NCBI GenBank assembly: GCA_020429745.1
Contig: JAGQKZ010000002.1
Span: forward strand, 1-52,015
Reading direction: 5' to 3'
DNA: 52,015 bases
Origin: a candidate division WWE3 bacterium
GTDB taxonomy: Bacteria; Patescibacteriota; 4484-211; GCA-002791395
The notes beneath the pieces are model-generated. The model made no database searches and was not told where the DNA came from. It saw nothing but the letters and a program-made list of their open reading frames with translations. Of this stretch, positions 1 through 9,911 are shown piece by piece. A program made the position numbers and the translations under genes. Position 1 is the stretch's first letter. The number at the start of each line of letters is the position of its first letter.

Positions 1-852
1 ATTATCTCCCGGGCCAGGAACCTCAACACACAAGCCGAAACGACACTCCAAATGCGTGTCTTGCGACGACGTAGGTTGTGGGATCTGCGTTGGCGTCGGT
101 GTCGTGCTCGGTCCCTCGCCACCAGTGTCGCGAAGGAAGAAGTACCAGATTGTACCGGCCAAGACACCCAGAAGAACGATCGTGAGCAAGACAAGTACGA
201 TAATTTTGACGTTGTTGTTTTGTCCGTTAGCTGGTGCTACGAGTGGCGATGACGGCGTTCCGGCGCCTGAATTTGGGCTTGCCGCCATAACCTCAGCAGC
301 CGGGGCCGTCTCTTCTACGTCGGTCTCCTGCGGGTACTCCATGCCAAACTCTGTAAGGACGTCGTCGGGATCTTCCATCTGCGAAGGTTGTTGCTCAGTT
401 ATGGGTGGTGTCGCGTCACTTACTTCGGGTGTTTCAGAGTCGGTCGCTGAGCTCATATCGGGCATAACCTCGTTGGCTGTCTGTTCTTGAGGAGTCGTCT
501 CATACGCCTCCGGACCGCTCAAGTCTTCGTTTGCTTCGTACGCCATCTCCTGAGGGGTGTCGTACGAGATAGCGTCGGGCATAGAATCGGCAGGCGATGA
601 GCCTTCCGTTGGAACCTCGGTCGATTCGCTGATATCAGAGGTCATGTTTTCAGACGACGGCGTGGCCTCGAATGATTCAGGCGTTGCGGAATCCGAAAAG
701 GTCTCTTCGGCAGGTGTCCCTTCGAGCGAGGTGGGCTCTTCGTATGAAACCTCGTTGGCCTCATAACCTCCACTAGCTGAGGGTTGTGGTGCGGTGTTAT
801 CGGTGAATTCTCCGACCTGTTCTTCAGGCAGATTCAAACTCTGATCGTCCAT
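1..852 (-). CDS. hypothetical acidic Glu/Pro/Thr/Ser-rich protein with one TM helix (N-terminal part; 3' end lies outside the window)
   Basis: Minus-strand frame is open from ATG at 852 (MDDQSLNLPEEQVGEF...) to the window edge. It is absent from the ORF track because no stop lies inside the window. Hand translation shows a hydrophobic segment IIVLVLLTIVLLGVLAGTIWYFF. The plus-strand ORFs 52-766 look like antisense shadows. Confidence 0.5.
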   Translation of the reverse strand, partial: MDDQSLNLPEEQVGEFTDNTAPQPSASGGYEANEVSYEEPTSLEGTPAEETFSDSATPESFEATPSSENMTSDISESTEVPTEGSSPADSMPDAISYDTPQEMAYEANEDLSGPEAYETTPQEQTANEVMPDMSSATDSETPEVSDATPPITEQQPSQMEDPDDVLTEFGMEYPQETDVEETAPAAEVMAASPNSGAGTPSSPLVAPANGQNNNVKIIVLVLLTIVLLGVLAGTIWYFFLRDTGGEGPSTTPTPTQIPQPTSSQDTHLECRFGLCVEVPGPGDN

Positions 853-928
853 GACTTTGCTATCAGTATGGCCTATTAAGCGCGGTCTTGTCAAGATAAA
901 CGTTTAGTGCTGGTGGTACAATGAGTCA

Positions 929-2758
929 ATGTTGATTAGTGATCAGATAAGAGAAATACTACTAAACAGTCTTGAGGGGATCTCGTCGTTGGAAGGCTTT
1001 AACGAAGACGATATTGAGGTGACGTTGCCGACTCAAGAAGGATTTGGCGATTACTCATCGAGCATACTTTTCAGTTTGGCAAAAGCTCGTGGACTAAACC
1101 TCCGCGATCTTGGTGAAGAGGTTATCGAAAAGATAAAGGCGTGGTTGTCGGAGCACGATGAATCGCCGATAAAAGACGTTGAGCTCGTAAACGGTGGTTT
1201 TTTAAACTTCTATCTATCGGACGAGGTGTTGACGAGAATTCTGCAAGAGTCGACAAACGAAGGTTTTGGTAAAAACGAGGTCCTGTTGGGCAAGACCTAC
1301 GTTGTTGAATACACAGACCCGAATCCGTTTAAGGTTTTTCACATCGGCCATCTCATGACAAATACAATCGGAGAGTCTCTTGCTCGGTTGTTTGCGGCCG
1401 GCGGTGCGGATGTTAAGCACGTAAACTATCAAGGCGATGTAGGAATGCATGTTGCGAAGTCAATCTGGGGACTCCTTGCCTTGTTTGAAGAGGAAGGGCT
1501 CGATATGAGAGGGCTTGCCGACAAACCACTCGCTGAGCGGCAGGAGTATCTTGGTCGTGCCTACGCCAAAGGGGCCAGCGCTTACAAAGAGGACGAGTCC
1601 GCTGCTGTGGCGATAAAGCGTATAAATATGTACTGTTACATCGCGGCGCAGGACTACCTTGTCGAAAGTGAGGATTGGCAGCCCCAAATAGATTATAAAG
1701 AGTTTGTTGACTTTAACGAGCAGGAGTACGGAAAGATAAAAGAGATTTATCGGCTGGGGCGAGAATGGAGCCTTGCTTACTTCGAGACGATTTATTCACG
1801 TCTCGGCACTAACTTTGACAACTACTATTTTGAGAGTAAGGCAGGTGAGTATGGTCTTAAACTTGTTCGCGAAAACGAAGAGAAGGGTATATTTACTCAA
1901 AGCGAAGGGGCGGTTATCTTCCGTGGAGAGGATTACGGCCTGCACACGCGTGTTTTTATTAACAAGTTAGGGCTTCCGGTTTATGAGGCAAAGGATCTGG
2001 GGTTAGCGTTACTGAAGTACGACGATTACAAGTACGATCGCTCGGTGATCGTTACCGCCAATGAGATAAACGACTATTTTGAGGTTGTGATAAAGGCGTT
2101 GTCGATGATTAATCCCGAATTAGCTGAAAAGACTACGCACGTCGGTCACGGTATGCTTAACTTCAAGGATGGAAAGATGTCGTCGCGCACCGGCAGGATC
2201 ATATCTGGAGAGGACCTGCTTGATCGGATAGAGGATAGCTTAAGGTCTGTAATGACGGACGATCGCGATCTGTCAGACAAAGAGCGTGACGATGTTTTGA
2301 CAAAGGTTTCTGTTGGAGCGTGGAAATACTCGGTCCTTAAGCAAAAGATCGGGCGGGATATTCCCTTTGATTTTAGCTCCTCGCTTTCATTGGAGGGGAG
2401 GTCCGGACCCTATCTCCAATACACTTATGCGCGTTGTAAAAGTGTATTGCGAAACACAGGCGATAAGACTGAAGCGGTTACCAGCACCTCGTTTGACGCA
2501 GAGGAGCGAAAGGTTCTACAGCTCTTAGAACGGTTCCCCGTTATCGTTCTGTCGGCGACCCAGCAACTCGCACCGCACACTGTGGCAACTTACCTGTATG
2601 ATCTTGCGCAAAGCTATAACTCTTTTTACAACACGCACCGAGTGTTAGTCGACGAAAAAGAGGTCAGGGACTTTCGTTTAACGCTTACCAAGGCGGTCGC
2701 TCAAACCATTAAAACCGGTCTGGGTCTACTAGGGATTGAAACCGTTGAAAAGATGTAG
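929..2758 (+). CDS. argS: arginine--tRNA ligase
   Basis: 609-aa ORF with class I HIGH signature (FHIGHLMTNTIGE) and a C-terminal anticodon-binding helical region (ATYLYDLAQSYNSFYN). TACAAT 917-922 lies 6 nt upstream of the ATG. Confidence 0.95.
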   Translation: MLISDQIREILLNSLEGISSLEGFNEDDIEVTLPTQEGFGDYSSSILFSLAKARGLNLRDLGEEVIEKIKAWLSEHDESPIKDVELVNGGFLNFYLSDEVLTRILQESTNEGFGKNEVLLGKTYVVEYTDPNPFKVFHIGHLMTNTIGESLARLFAAGGADVKHVNYQGDVGMHVAKSIWGLLALFEEEGLDMRGLADKPLAERQEYLGRAYAKGASAYKEDESAAVAIKRINMYCYIAAQDYLVESEDWQPQIDYKEFVDFNEQEYGKIKEIYRLGREWSLAYFETIYSRLGTNFDNYYFESKAGEYGLKLVRENEEKGIFTQSEGAVIFRGEDYGLHTRVFINKLGLPVYEAKDLGLALLKYDDYKYDRSVIVTANEINDYFEVVIKALSMINPELAEKTTHVGHGMLNFKDGKMSSRTGRIISGEDLLDRIEDSLRSVMTDDRDLSDKERDDVLTKVSVGAWKYSVLKQKIGRDIPFDFSSSLSLEGRSGPYLQYTYARCKSVLRNTGDKTEAVTSTSFDAEERKVLQLLERFPVIVLSATQQLAPHTVATYLYDLAQSYNSFYNTHRVLVDEKEVRDFRLTLTKAVAQTIKTGLGLLGIETVEKM

Positions 2759-2808
2759 CATTGACAGCTCCAGTTTCCCCGTGTTTGTGTGTGAGGTACA
2801 ATGTTACC

Positions 2809-4119
2809 ATGGCAAACAAGGAGTTGTTACAACCCTATCGAGGCACGAAGGACTACTATCCAAACGATTACAGCAGGCTTGATTACATATTCTCCGTCTG
2901 GCGCGAGGCTTGCATGGCCTTTGGTTACGAAGAGTACCTTGCCCCGCTAGTCGAAGATCGCGAACTTTATACACAGAAACACGCAAGCGGTGACGAGATC
3001 GCTAATCAACAGCTTTATTGGTTGACAGATCAGGGTGGGCGCGAGATTGCGATACGTCCGGAGATGACGCCTAGTGTTTCACGTATGGTCGGTGCCAGAT
3101 ATCAACAGCTCCAAAAACCGATTCGCTGGTTTTCGGTCGCTAACTTTATGCGCTACGAAAGGCCACAGAAAGGCAGAGTGCGGGAGTTCTTCCAGTTAAA
3201 CATCGACAACTTCGGTGATAGTTCGGTTCAAGTTGACGTCGAACTGATCGAGGTGGCGATCCATATTATGAGACTCTTTGGGGCATCGAGCAAGATGTTT
3301 GAGATACGTATTAACAATCGCAAATGGTTCTCGTATTGGTTGGAGCATGTTGTCGGCGTGACAGAGAACGAACAACAGGTGAGCCGCATAATCGATAATC
3401 TTGCAAAGAACACTGAGGAGGAAAACAGCCAGAAGCTCGGTGACGCTGGGCTTACACCTGAGCAGATTGACCTAGTGTTGCGATTACCACAACTTCAAAT
3501 TGATGATCTGGCTCAGTATTTAGACAAAAGTGAAGGAGCGGCGGAGCTTTACGCGCTAATGAAATCGTTAGAGGAAAAAGGGTACAAAGAGTTTATACGT
3601 TACGACGCCTCTCTGTTACGGGGCTTCGATTATTATACTGGAAACGTCTTCGAACAGTTCGATCTTCATCCTGACAATAACCGCAGCATGTTTGGTGGTG
3701 GTCGATACGACGACCTGGTGGAGCTTTATAGCGGGATCTCTGTGCCCGCAAACGGTTTCGCACCAGGTAACGTCACCACAGAGCTGTTTTTGGACAATTG
3801 GAACCTTTGGCCTGAGTTTGAGAACAACACCGACGTGTTGGTTACCGTCTTTAACGAAGAGCTGCGACACAAGTCTTGGGGGGTTGCTACCAGCTTACGG
3901 GACGCAGGCTTGTTCGTTCAACTTTATCTAAAGCAAGGGGAGGCGATAAAGGAACAGCTATCCTATGCAAACAAAAGCGGTATTCCGTTTGTTGTAATTC
4001 TTGGCCCTGAAGAGGACGAGAAAGGCCTTCTTGTCTGGAAGAACATGATAAGTGGCGAGCAGAGGGTTGTAAAACTAGAGGGTCTTTTAGAGGAGGTCAC
4101 AAATGGACACGCAGACTAA
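2809..4119 (+). CDS. hisS: histidine--tRNA ligase
   Basis: Class II HisRS motifs: RGTKDYYP, IRPEMTPSVSRM, RYERPQKGRVREFFQ, GGGRYDDL, plus a C-terminal anticodon-binding domain. Start moved to ATG 2809 (MANKELLQ), 6 nt after TACAAT 2797-2802. Confidence 0.93.
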   Translation: MANKELLQPYRGTKDYYPNDYSRLDYIFSVWREACMAFGYEEYLAPLVEDRELYTQKHASGDEIANQQLYWLTDQGGREIAIRPEMTPSVSRMVGARYQQLQKPIRWFSVANFMRYERPQKGRVREFFQLNIDNFGDSSVQVDVELIEVAIHIMRLFGASSKMFEIRINNRKWFSYWLEHVVGVTENEQQVSRIIDNLAKNTEEENSQKLGDAGLTPEQIDLVLRLPQLQIDDLAQYLDKSEGAAELYALMKSLEEKGYKEFIRYDASLLRGFDYYTGNVFEQFDLHPDNNRSMFGGGRYDDLVELYSGISVPANGFAPGNVTTELFLDNWNLWPEFENNTDVLVTVFNEELRHKSWGVATSLRDAGLFVQLYLKQGEAIKEQLSYANKSGIPFVVILGPEEDEKGLLVWKNMISGEQRVVKLEGLLEEVTNGHAD

Positions 4120-4453
4120 CAATCGTTCAAACCAGCAAAGAGTGCGTGGCTATGTAGTCGCAAGGCTTATGGAGGAGATGCGGGCTAGGCAGATTCCACC
4201 AACAGAGATCCAGCAGATGGCAAAAAAGTCTTTGGAGCTTACAGAGGGGATCGACGACGACGAAGGGTTGCTCGAAGCCTTGCAGGAGCTTTCTGGTAAA
4301 TACCCTCTATTGGAGGTCGCGTATTTGAAGGAACTTGCCTACGTCGACGATGTGAATCGTGCGCAGGTCGCTACGCAGGTGAGTGAGCTTTTACAGCAAG
4401 GTAAACTCGAAGAGGCTGGCTCCTTAGCCGCCTCACATACACATAAGGAATAA
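4103..4453 (+). CDS. hypothetical protein (helical, acidic)
   Basis: 116-aa ORF. GGAGGT lies 5 nt upstream of the ATG, and the ORF overlaps the hisS 3' end by 17 nt (operon-internal). No recognisable motif. Confidence 0.5.
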   Translation: MDTQTNNRSNQQRVRGYVVARLMEEMRARQIPPTEIQQMAKKSLELTEGIDDDEGLLEALQELSGKYPLLEVAYLKELAYVDDVNRAQVATQVSELLQQGKLEEAGSLAASHTHKE

Positions 4454-4454
4454 T

Positions 4455-6035
4455 ATGCCAGAAACACAAACGACAGAAACAGAACGACGAGTCGCAGGTG
4501 TTGAGACAATCGACAGCACTGAGGGCACGGGCGCTGCCGCAACCGAAGGTGAGGGGTGGAGCGAGGGGTGGACGAGTGATTGGGCGGGGAATGTTGAAGC
4601 TGTGTACGAACAGGGCGATTCGAGTGAAGTCTTGTCGGCAATGGCCGAAACCAACTGGTCGGTTGACAATACAAAACTCCCCGATGCAGAGATCGTTTAC
4701 GACGGCAGCTGGAGAACAGATGGTTCGAAGATGTCGCCGACTGGTAAACGAAACCTCGAAGGCGCGCGACAGATTTTAGAGCAACAAAATGTGGCAGAAG
4801 CGGCGACCGAATTAGCCCCGCAAGCAGAAAGCACCGAAGATCAAGAGTTAAGGAACAAGGCTACAGCTCTTGTCGAACAGAGGCAGTCTACGATTGAAGC
4901 CTTAAACTACGTTCGGGATAGGGAAAAAACCGGCAAAGGACGAGCCCAGATTAATGAGATGGGAAAGATCGTTCGGGATGGGGAGATGTCGAGTCTCGAC
5001 GCCCAGGCGGTCAGGGATGAGTTGCAGGTAGGGGTTGGTCTGGCCCAGAAAGATCTTTCTGAAGCAACCTCGAAGTTGCGGATTGCGATGGATGAGTTAA
5101 CCTCCCATACAACGGCGGCCAACGCTGAAAATCTTCAAGGCGGAAAACAGTTAACCGATGAACAGCGGGTAGACCAGCGGGAACAGTATCTAAAGCTTCG
5201 TACTGCGCAAGGAGAGGTAGACAAGGCGCGTGCTGCGGTTGTCGCGGCTGAGCAGAGGGTGGCGGATTTGAAAGAGCTTGCAGAGAATACGAATGGCTTA
5301 CTTGAGTTGCAGGAGCTGGCGAAGGACAATCCCGAGATGGTCGCTGAGATTGAGGCGGAGATGGTCGCTGAAGAAGGCGGTGAAACCGTAGACGATGGGG
5401 TTGAAGCAGCGAATGAAGGTGTTGGAGATGAAGAGAGGGAGCTTGTCGAAGAAGGAGACATTAACGCGTCAAGCAGTGAGGTTGAGCAGCCCGAAGAAAG
5501 CCAAGAGCTAGATCCGCTGTTTGAGATGGTTAGACACCTCGAGGACTTGTCAATCCCTGAGCTAGAGGCGGAGATCGAGCGAACCGAAAACTTTATTGAA
5601 TTAGGCCGGTTGTTTGTAGACACACTGGTTGACACCGCAGACACTCTTGGAGAACAGGCGGATGAGCTGTCCAGTCTTGGCGAGACTCTTAAAGATCTGG
5701 TACCCGCTGAAACGATGGAGAATATCCAAAGACGGGCCGAAGCACTGCGGGAAAAACAGCAAGAGATAGAGGCCCGCGTTGCCGTAGTCGAGAGTCTTAT
5801 ACTGGTCGCTGAGAAGTATAAAGAACAAGTGCAGGAGGTGCTTGCGGCAAAACAGGAGGAGAGAAAGATTAATGCACGTGCGGAAAGTTGGGTTGATTTT
5901 GCGGCAAGTATGTTTGGTTCGACCAACCAAGAGTCGCTCAGTAAACTTATGGAAGCTGTTAAGGCAAAACCGCCAAAGTCGTTTATCGAGGTGCTTTTTC
6001 TCGCCATGGGGCTACTCAAGCCGGGCAAGGAATAA
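4455..6035 (+). CDS. hypothetical acidic coiled-coil protein
   Basis: 526-aa ORF starting 2 nt after the previous stop. Very Glu/Ala/Leu/Gln-rich with heptad-like composition. No enzymatic motif recognised. Confidence 0.6.
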   Translation: MPETQTTETERRVAGVETIDSTEGTGAAATEGEGWSEGWTSDWAGNVEAVYEQGDSSEVLSAMAETNWSVDNTKLPDAEIVYDGSWRTDGSKMSPTGKRNLEGARQILEQQNVAEAATELAPQAESTEDQELRNKATALVEQRQSTIEALNYVRDREKTGKGRAQINEMGKIVRDGEMSSLDAQAVRDELQVGVGLAQKDLSEATSKLRIAMDELTSHTTAANAENLQGGKQLTDEQRVDQREQYLKLRTAQGEVDKARAAVVAAEQRVADLKELAENTNGLLELQELAKDNPEMVAEIEAEMVAEEGGETVDDGVEAANEGVGDEERELVEEGDINASSSEVEQPEESQELDPLFEMVRHLEDLSIPELEAEIERTENFIELGRLFVDTLVDTADTLGEQADELSSLGETLKDLVPAETMENIQRRAEALREKQQEIEARVAVVESLILVAEKYKEQVQEVLAAKQEERKINARAESWVDFAASMFGSTNQESLSKLMEAVKAKPPKSFIEVLFLAMGLLKPGKE

Positions 6036-6110
6036 GATTTATATCTTAAATCTAGGGGTTGACGCATATCCATATCCCGCTATAATTCACTACATACTAG
6101 ATATGTAGCC

Positions 6111-7373
6111 ATGGATTCGGCAAGCTTTATAGCAATTAACGGCGTAATCGGGATTATCGTTATCGTTTTAACCTGGGTTTTCCTGTTTTTCTCTCGTATT
6201 AAAGGCTCAAGACTGTGGACCATCACGGTAACGCCATTAGCAGCCATTATCGGCAGTGGTTTTTTAATCACTGCGCCACTCGCGTACCACGACTTTGCCG
6301 GTTGGGCGGTTCCATTAATTCTACTGCTTAACGTGTTTGCTCTCATTGTCGGTTCAGCCGTGCGCACAAATATTAAAGATTTCGATCCAACTCAAGAGAT
6401 GTACGAGCATAGCCGTTACAAATGGCTTGTTTGGCTGGAGAGAGGTTCGAATTGGGTACTTGGGGTCTGTTATGTAGTTGCGATTGCGTTTTACGTTTCT
6501 CTACTTTGCTATTTTGTGTTTGATCTGTTTGGAATAAAGGGCGAAGATGTAATATTTGACGGAATAAGCGCCCGTTTTGTGATGAACATAGCAACTACGG
6601 CAATTCTTGGCTTTATCGGGATCTTTGGCTATCTGCGCGGGTTGCATGAACTGGAAAAGATCGAGAAAACCGCGGTTAATTTGAAGATGGGGGTAATCGT
6701 CGGTTTAATTGTGGTTCTTATAGTCTACGCCATCGGCGTGTTGGCGGGCGTAGTACACGCAGACTACTCCATCAACTTCATCTCGTTGGGTTTTGACAAG
6801 ATTCAGATACTAGCAGGGCTTTTGCTCATCACGCAAGGCTTTGAGACGGTGAAGTTTATGGGAGACGACTATGCCGTAAAGGAACGGAATAAAGGTATGA
6901 TTCTTGCACAGGTGATAGCTCTTGTCGTATATGTTGTGTTTATTCCCCTGGCTGGACCACTCACGGCTGGTCTCGAAGTGGTCACAGAGACGGCGATCGC
7001 CGATGTTATGGCCCAGGTGGCTTTAGGGATGGGAATTATTCTGTCGTTGGCTGCGGTTTTTAGCCAGTCTGGAGCCGCTATTGCAGACACGATAGCGGGT
7101 GGCGGACTCGTTGAAGAGGAGAGCAAGAGATTATTGAACGAGCGTCAGGCCTATGTCCCCGTTATCATTGCTGCGATCGTATTGGTCTGGGCCTTCCCAG
7201 TCTTTAAGATCATAACGATAGCTTCAAGATTTTTTGCGCTCTACTATTTGGCACAGACGGTTATTGCAATGGTGGTGAGTATGAATAAGCGAAGTATTAT
7301 CAAGGCCTTCGTTTATTGTTTCTGTGCAATAATCCTCTTCGCTGTCGTTATCTTCGCAACCCCCGCTGCCTAA
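6111..7373 (+). CDS. polytopic integral membrane protein, unknown function
   Basis: 420-aa ORF with roughly 11-12 hydrophobic helices. TTGACG-N17-TATAAT (6058-6086) lies upstream, followed by a 5' UTR hairpin CTACATA/TATGTAG. Confidence 0.75.
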   Translation: MDSASFIAINGVIGIIVIVLTWVFLFFSRIKGSRLWTITVTPLAAIIGSGFLITAPLAYHDFAGWAVPLILLLNVFALIVGSAVRTNIKDFDPTQEMYEHSRYKWLVWLERGSNWVLGVCYVVAIAFYVSLLCYFVFDLFGIKGEDVIFDGISARFVMNIATTAILGFIGIFGYLRGLHELEKIEKTAVNLKMGVIVGLIVVLIVYAIGVLAGVVHADYSINFISLGFDKIQILAGLLLITQGFETVKFMGDDYAVKERNKGMILAQVIALVVYVVFIPLAGPLTAGLEVVTETAIADVMAQVALGMGIILSLAAVFSQSGAAIADTIAGGGLVEEESKRLLNERQAYVPVIIAAIVLVWAFPVFKIITIASRFFALYYLAQTVIAMVVSMNKRSIIKAFVYCFCAIILFAVVIFATPAA

Positions 7374-8194
7374 AGAGATGCGATTACGGCAAAGCGTGCT
7401 CCTTCGTCAACGCCCTTGTCTTTTTCATAGGTCGCTGAAAACAGATTACCCTTTTGGTGTTCTTCGTAAGTGTTCAGCCCCGACTCGCGAATATTTGTTA
7501 TGCCTAAATTCGTAAGTTCAGCCATAATTTTTTTGCCGAAGTGGATTTCAACAACTCCGTAACTTTCAACTAAGAAATCATTCCACGACGGTTCTTGAAG
7601 TGCTGATTCTAGGAGTTCATGACCACGTTTCTTAGTGTATTGTTGTCCATGGATATATGGGAATATGAAAGCGGATAGTTCGTATGCCGACACACGGTAA
7701 TTGTTCAGGATTGTTTTTATAGTTTTCGTCGTAATGTTTAAGTATGTTCCTTGGAAGCCTGAGTGAATGTAGGCAATGAAGGGTTTGTTATCGTTCCTGT
7801 CTTTGCCTGTTACAACTACGATCGCACAGTCTCCCACGGCCATAATGATGGGGATGGGTTGTTTGGTGATAATTCCGTCGGACTGAATCATGATTGTGCG
7901 CAGGCCGACTTCTTCCGAGATTATCTCGCCTTGGTTGTAGTGATAAAGTGGCAGGTTCTTGTCGGTTAATATTTGCACGTTGTCGTTGTACTCGCTACGC
8001 AGATAGATAAATTCTCTGCCTTTGTGGCCAATTTCGTCAAAAACCTTTGCATAATTTCCTGCGGCCCCGGGGTTGCTGATCAGGCTCATATTTCCCCAGT
8101 CCTTATTCCCAAAAGTGAAGGCGTTTTTTGCCCCGAGCTCAGTTAATTCTTGAAAACTGCCGACGTTTTTCGCGACACTCATTTCTGTCTGCAT
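7370..8194 (-). CDS. YfiH/PgeF (DUF152, laccase-domain) family protein
   Basis: Motifs resemble the family: MAVGDCAIVV (cf. ADC), YIHSGFQG (cf. HAGWRG), C-terminal NLFSATYEKD. Start set to ATG 8194, which lies 7 nt after TATAAT (rc of 8202-8207). The upstream part of the 342-aa ORF is not protein-like. Confidence 0.65.
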   Translation of the reverse strand: MQTEMSVAKNVGSFQELTELGAKNAFTFGNKDWGNMSLISNPGAAGNYAKVFDEIGHKGREFIYLRSEYNDNVQILTDKNLPLYHYNQGEIISEEVGLRTIMIQSDGIITKQPIPIIMAVGDCAIVVVTGKDRNDNKPFIAYIHSGFQGTYLNITTKTIKTILNNYRVSAYELSAFIFPYIHGQQYTKKRGHELLESALQEPSWNDFLVESYGVVEIHFGKKIMAELTNLGITNIRESGLNTYEEHQKGNLFSATYEKDKGVDEGARFAVIASL

Positions 8195-8262
8195 TAAGTT
8201 AATTATAACAACGAAAGATATCTGGATCCGCATTGGACCTATTACGGGTATAATTGCAACAT

Positions 8263-9333
8263 ATGGACGGAGCCTTAGGTAAACAATTTTTGTCTGACTA
8301 CATCGCACAAACGAATGAGTCCTATGCACTATTGCTAAATCGTGAGATTGAAAAGGCTCGTAAGGTTGGCGAAATTCCAGCGCAGATCTTGGAGGCATTC
8401 TCTAAAACGGCGCTTCGGGGAAAGCGAATTCGCGGCGCATTAATGCAACTGGGGTACGAGGCGGCGGGTGGAACCGATATCGCGTCGGTTCAGCACGCGT
8501 CCCTGAGTGTCGAGCTTTTACATGCAGGACTTTTAGTGCACGACGACATTATGGATCGCGACGATGTGCGGCGCGGATTGCCCAGTATGCACGTTCAGTT
8601 CGCCAAGGTCGGCAAGTCGTTGTCGGTTGTTGATCCGAAGCACTTCGGTTTGTCTCAAGCGATTAACATTGCTGATGCAGCGTATTACCTTTCTCTTGAG
8701 GTTCTAGTAAATAGTGATTTTTCTCCAGAAACACTGGTAAGTGCGCTTCGGGTTTATGCGGAACACGTTGTGAGAACGGCTTACGGTCAGGAGTTAGACG
8801 TAGCCAATATTGCAAGTCAGCGATTAACAGAACACGAGATCTTGTCGGTGGTTAAGTATAAAACGGCGGAGTATACGGGTGTGATGCCGTTTCTTATGGG
8901 CGCGGCCTTGGCCGGGCTTGAAGACGAGCGTCGCTTGGACATAATGCGTGAATACGCCTACAACTTCGGATGGGCGTTTCAGATTCAGGACGACGTTTTG
9001 GGATTATACGGCGATGAAGAATTAGGTAAGCCGATCGGTTCCGACATCCAGGAAGGTAAGAATACGCTGCTGATGCTTAAGTTATACGAGCTAGGCAGCG
9101 ACGATGATCGCGAGTTTATGGCGCAAACCTTAGGCAAGCAGGACCTGTCGGTTGCTGAGGTTGGGGAGATGCGTAAGCGCGTGAAAGATAGCGGTGCATA
9201 CCAAGTCGTTTACGATATGGCGGCAGGTTATGTCGGGAAAGGGCGGGAGCAGGTTATCCACATAACGCACGAAAAACGCGTGCAAAATATTCTGGAGAGT
9301 CTGATAATATACATGCTCGAGCGTGCGGTTTAG
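8263..9333 (+). CDS. polyprenyl diphosphate synthase (FPP/GGPP synthase family)
   Basis: First and second Asp-rich motifs are LVHDDIMDRDDVRRG and FQIQDDVLG. ATG 8263 lies 8 nt after TATAAT 8249-8254. Confidence 0.9.
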   Translation: MDGALGKQFLSDYIAQTNESYALLLNREIEKARKVGEIPAQILEAFSKTALRGKRIRGALMQLGYEAAGGTDIASVQHASLSVELLHAGLLVHDDIMDRDDVRRGLPSMHVQFAKVGKSLSVVDPKHFGLSQAINIADAAYYLSLEVLVNSDFSPETLVSALRVYAEHVVRTAYGQELDVANIASQRLTEHEILSVVKYKTAEYTGVMPFLMGAALAGLEDERRLDIMREYAYNFGWAFQIQDDVLGLYGDEELGKPIGSDIQEGKNTLLMLKLYELGSDDDREFMAQTLGKQDLSVAEVGEMRKRVKDSGAYQVVYDMAAGYVGKGREQVIHITHEKRVQNILESLIIYMLERAV

Positions 9334-9890
9334 GCGGGAACAGATTCGACTTCTCTCGTGAGCGTGTCGGCAAGCAAATTGAAAGGTTGGCCCCATTCTG
9401 AAGGTAGCTCACCGGATCCAATGGCGTTACCGACCTCGGATCGGAGTCCGGCGACCCGACCTTGGTCACCGGCCAGCGCTGCCGCCTTAACTTCGTTAAC
9501 AACTGCCGCGAATCTTTGGTTTGCAATAGCTAGTTCCTGTTGGCTAAATTCAGCCACGGTCCGAGGTTCTTGTCGTTTGTCGATGGTCGGTTCTTGGGCT
9601 AGTAGTTCTAGCGCATCACTGGAAGGCAAATCTGCGAGCTGTTCTGGCCGAAACTCCGCGGAGGAATCGCCTAACGATCTAGGTCTACCACTCGTATCGT
9701 CGGTCCACGCTTCTGAGGTTTTGTTAACGATAGCTTGGTTGTACTGTGCAAATTCATCTGTCTTTAGCCTTCCTTTGTCTCTTGCCGATATTGCTTGATT
9801 GCGCAGGTCGGCAACAGCTCCCGGCTTTTTCGCATTTGCAACAGCCGCTTGAAATTCGGCTAGCCCTGGTAATTCCGACTGGTTGGCCAT
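9330..9890 (-). CDS. hypothetical protein
   Basis: ATG 9890 (MANQSELPG...) lies 6 nt after TATAAT (rc of 9897-9902). Ala/Glu-rich with no motif recognised. Confidence 0.55.
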   Translation of the reverse strand: MANQSELPGLAEFQAAVANAKKPGAVADLRNQAISARDKGRLKTDEFAQYNQAIVNKTSEAWTDDTSGRPRSLGDSSAEFRPEQLADLPSSDALELLAQEPTIDKRQEPRTVAEFSQQELAIANQRFAAVVNEVKAAALAGDQGRVAGLRSEVGNAIGSGELPSEWGQPFNLLADTLTREVESVPA

Positions 9891-9911
9891 GTAGAAATTA
9901 TAGCAGACCAT

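Noticed and set aside
52-766. Three plus-strand ORFs (52-252, 56-490, 557-766) at the left edge
   Set aside because: They are Ser/Val/Gly/Cys-rich and not protein-like. The opposite strand carries one uninterrupted frame from ATG 852 to the window edge, with a sensible acidic region and a TM helix. I treat them as antisense shadows.
5135-6073. 312-aa minus-strand ORF antisense to the 526-aa coiled-coil gene
   Set aside because: Its extreme Ser/Ala/Cys-rich composition is what the reverse complement of Glu/Ala/Leu codons produces. It has no ribosome-binding site or promoter. The plus-strand gene is tightly coupled to its upstream neighbours.
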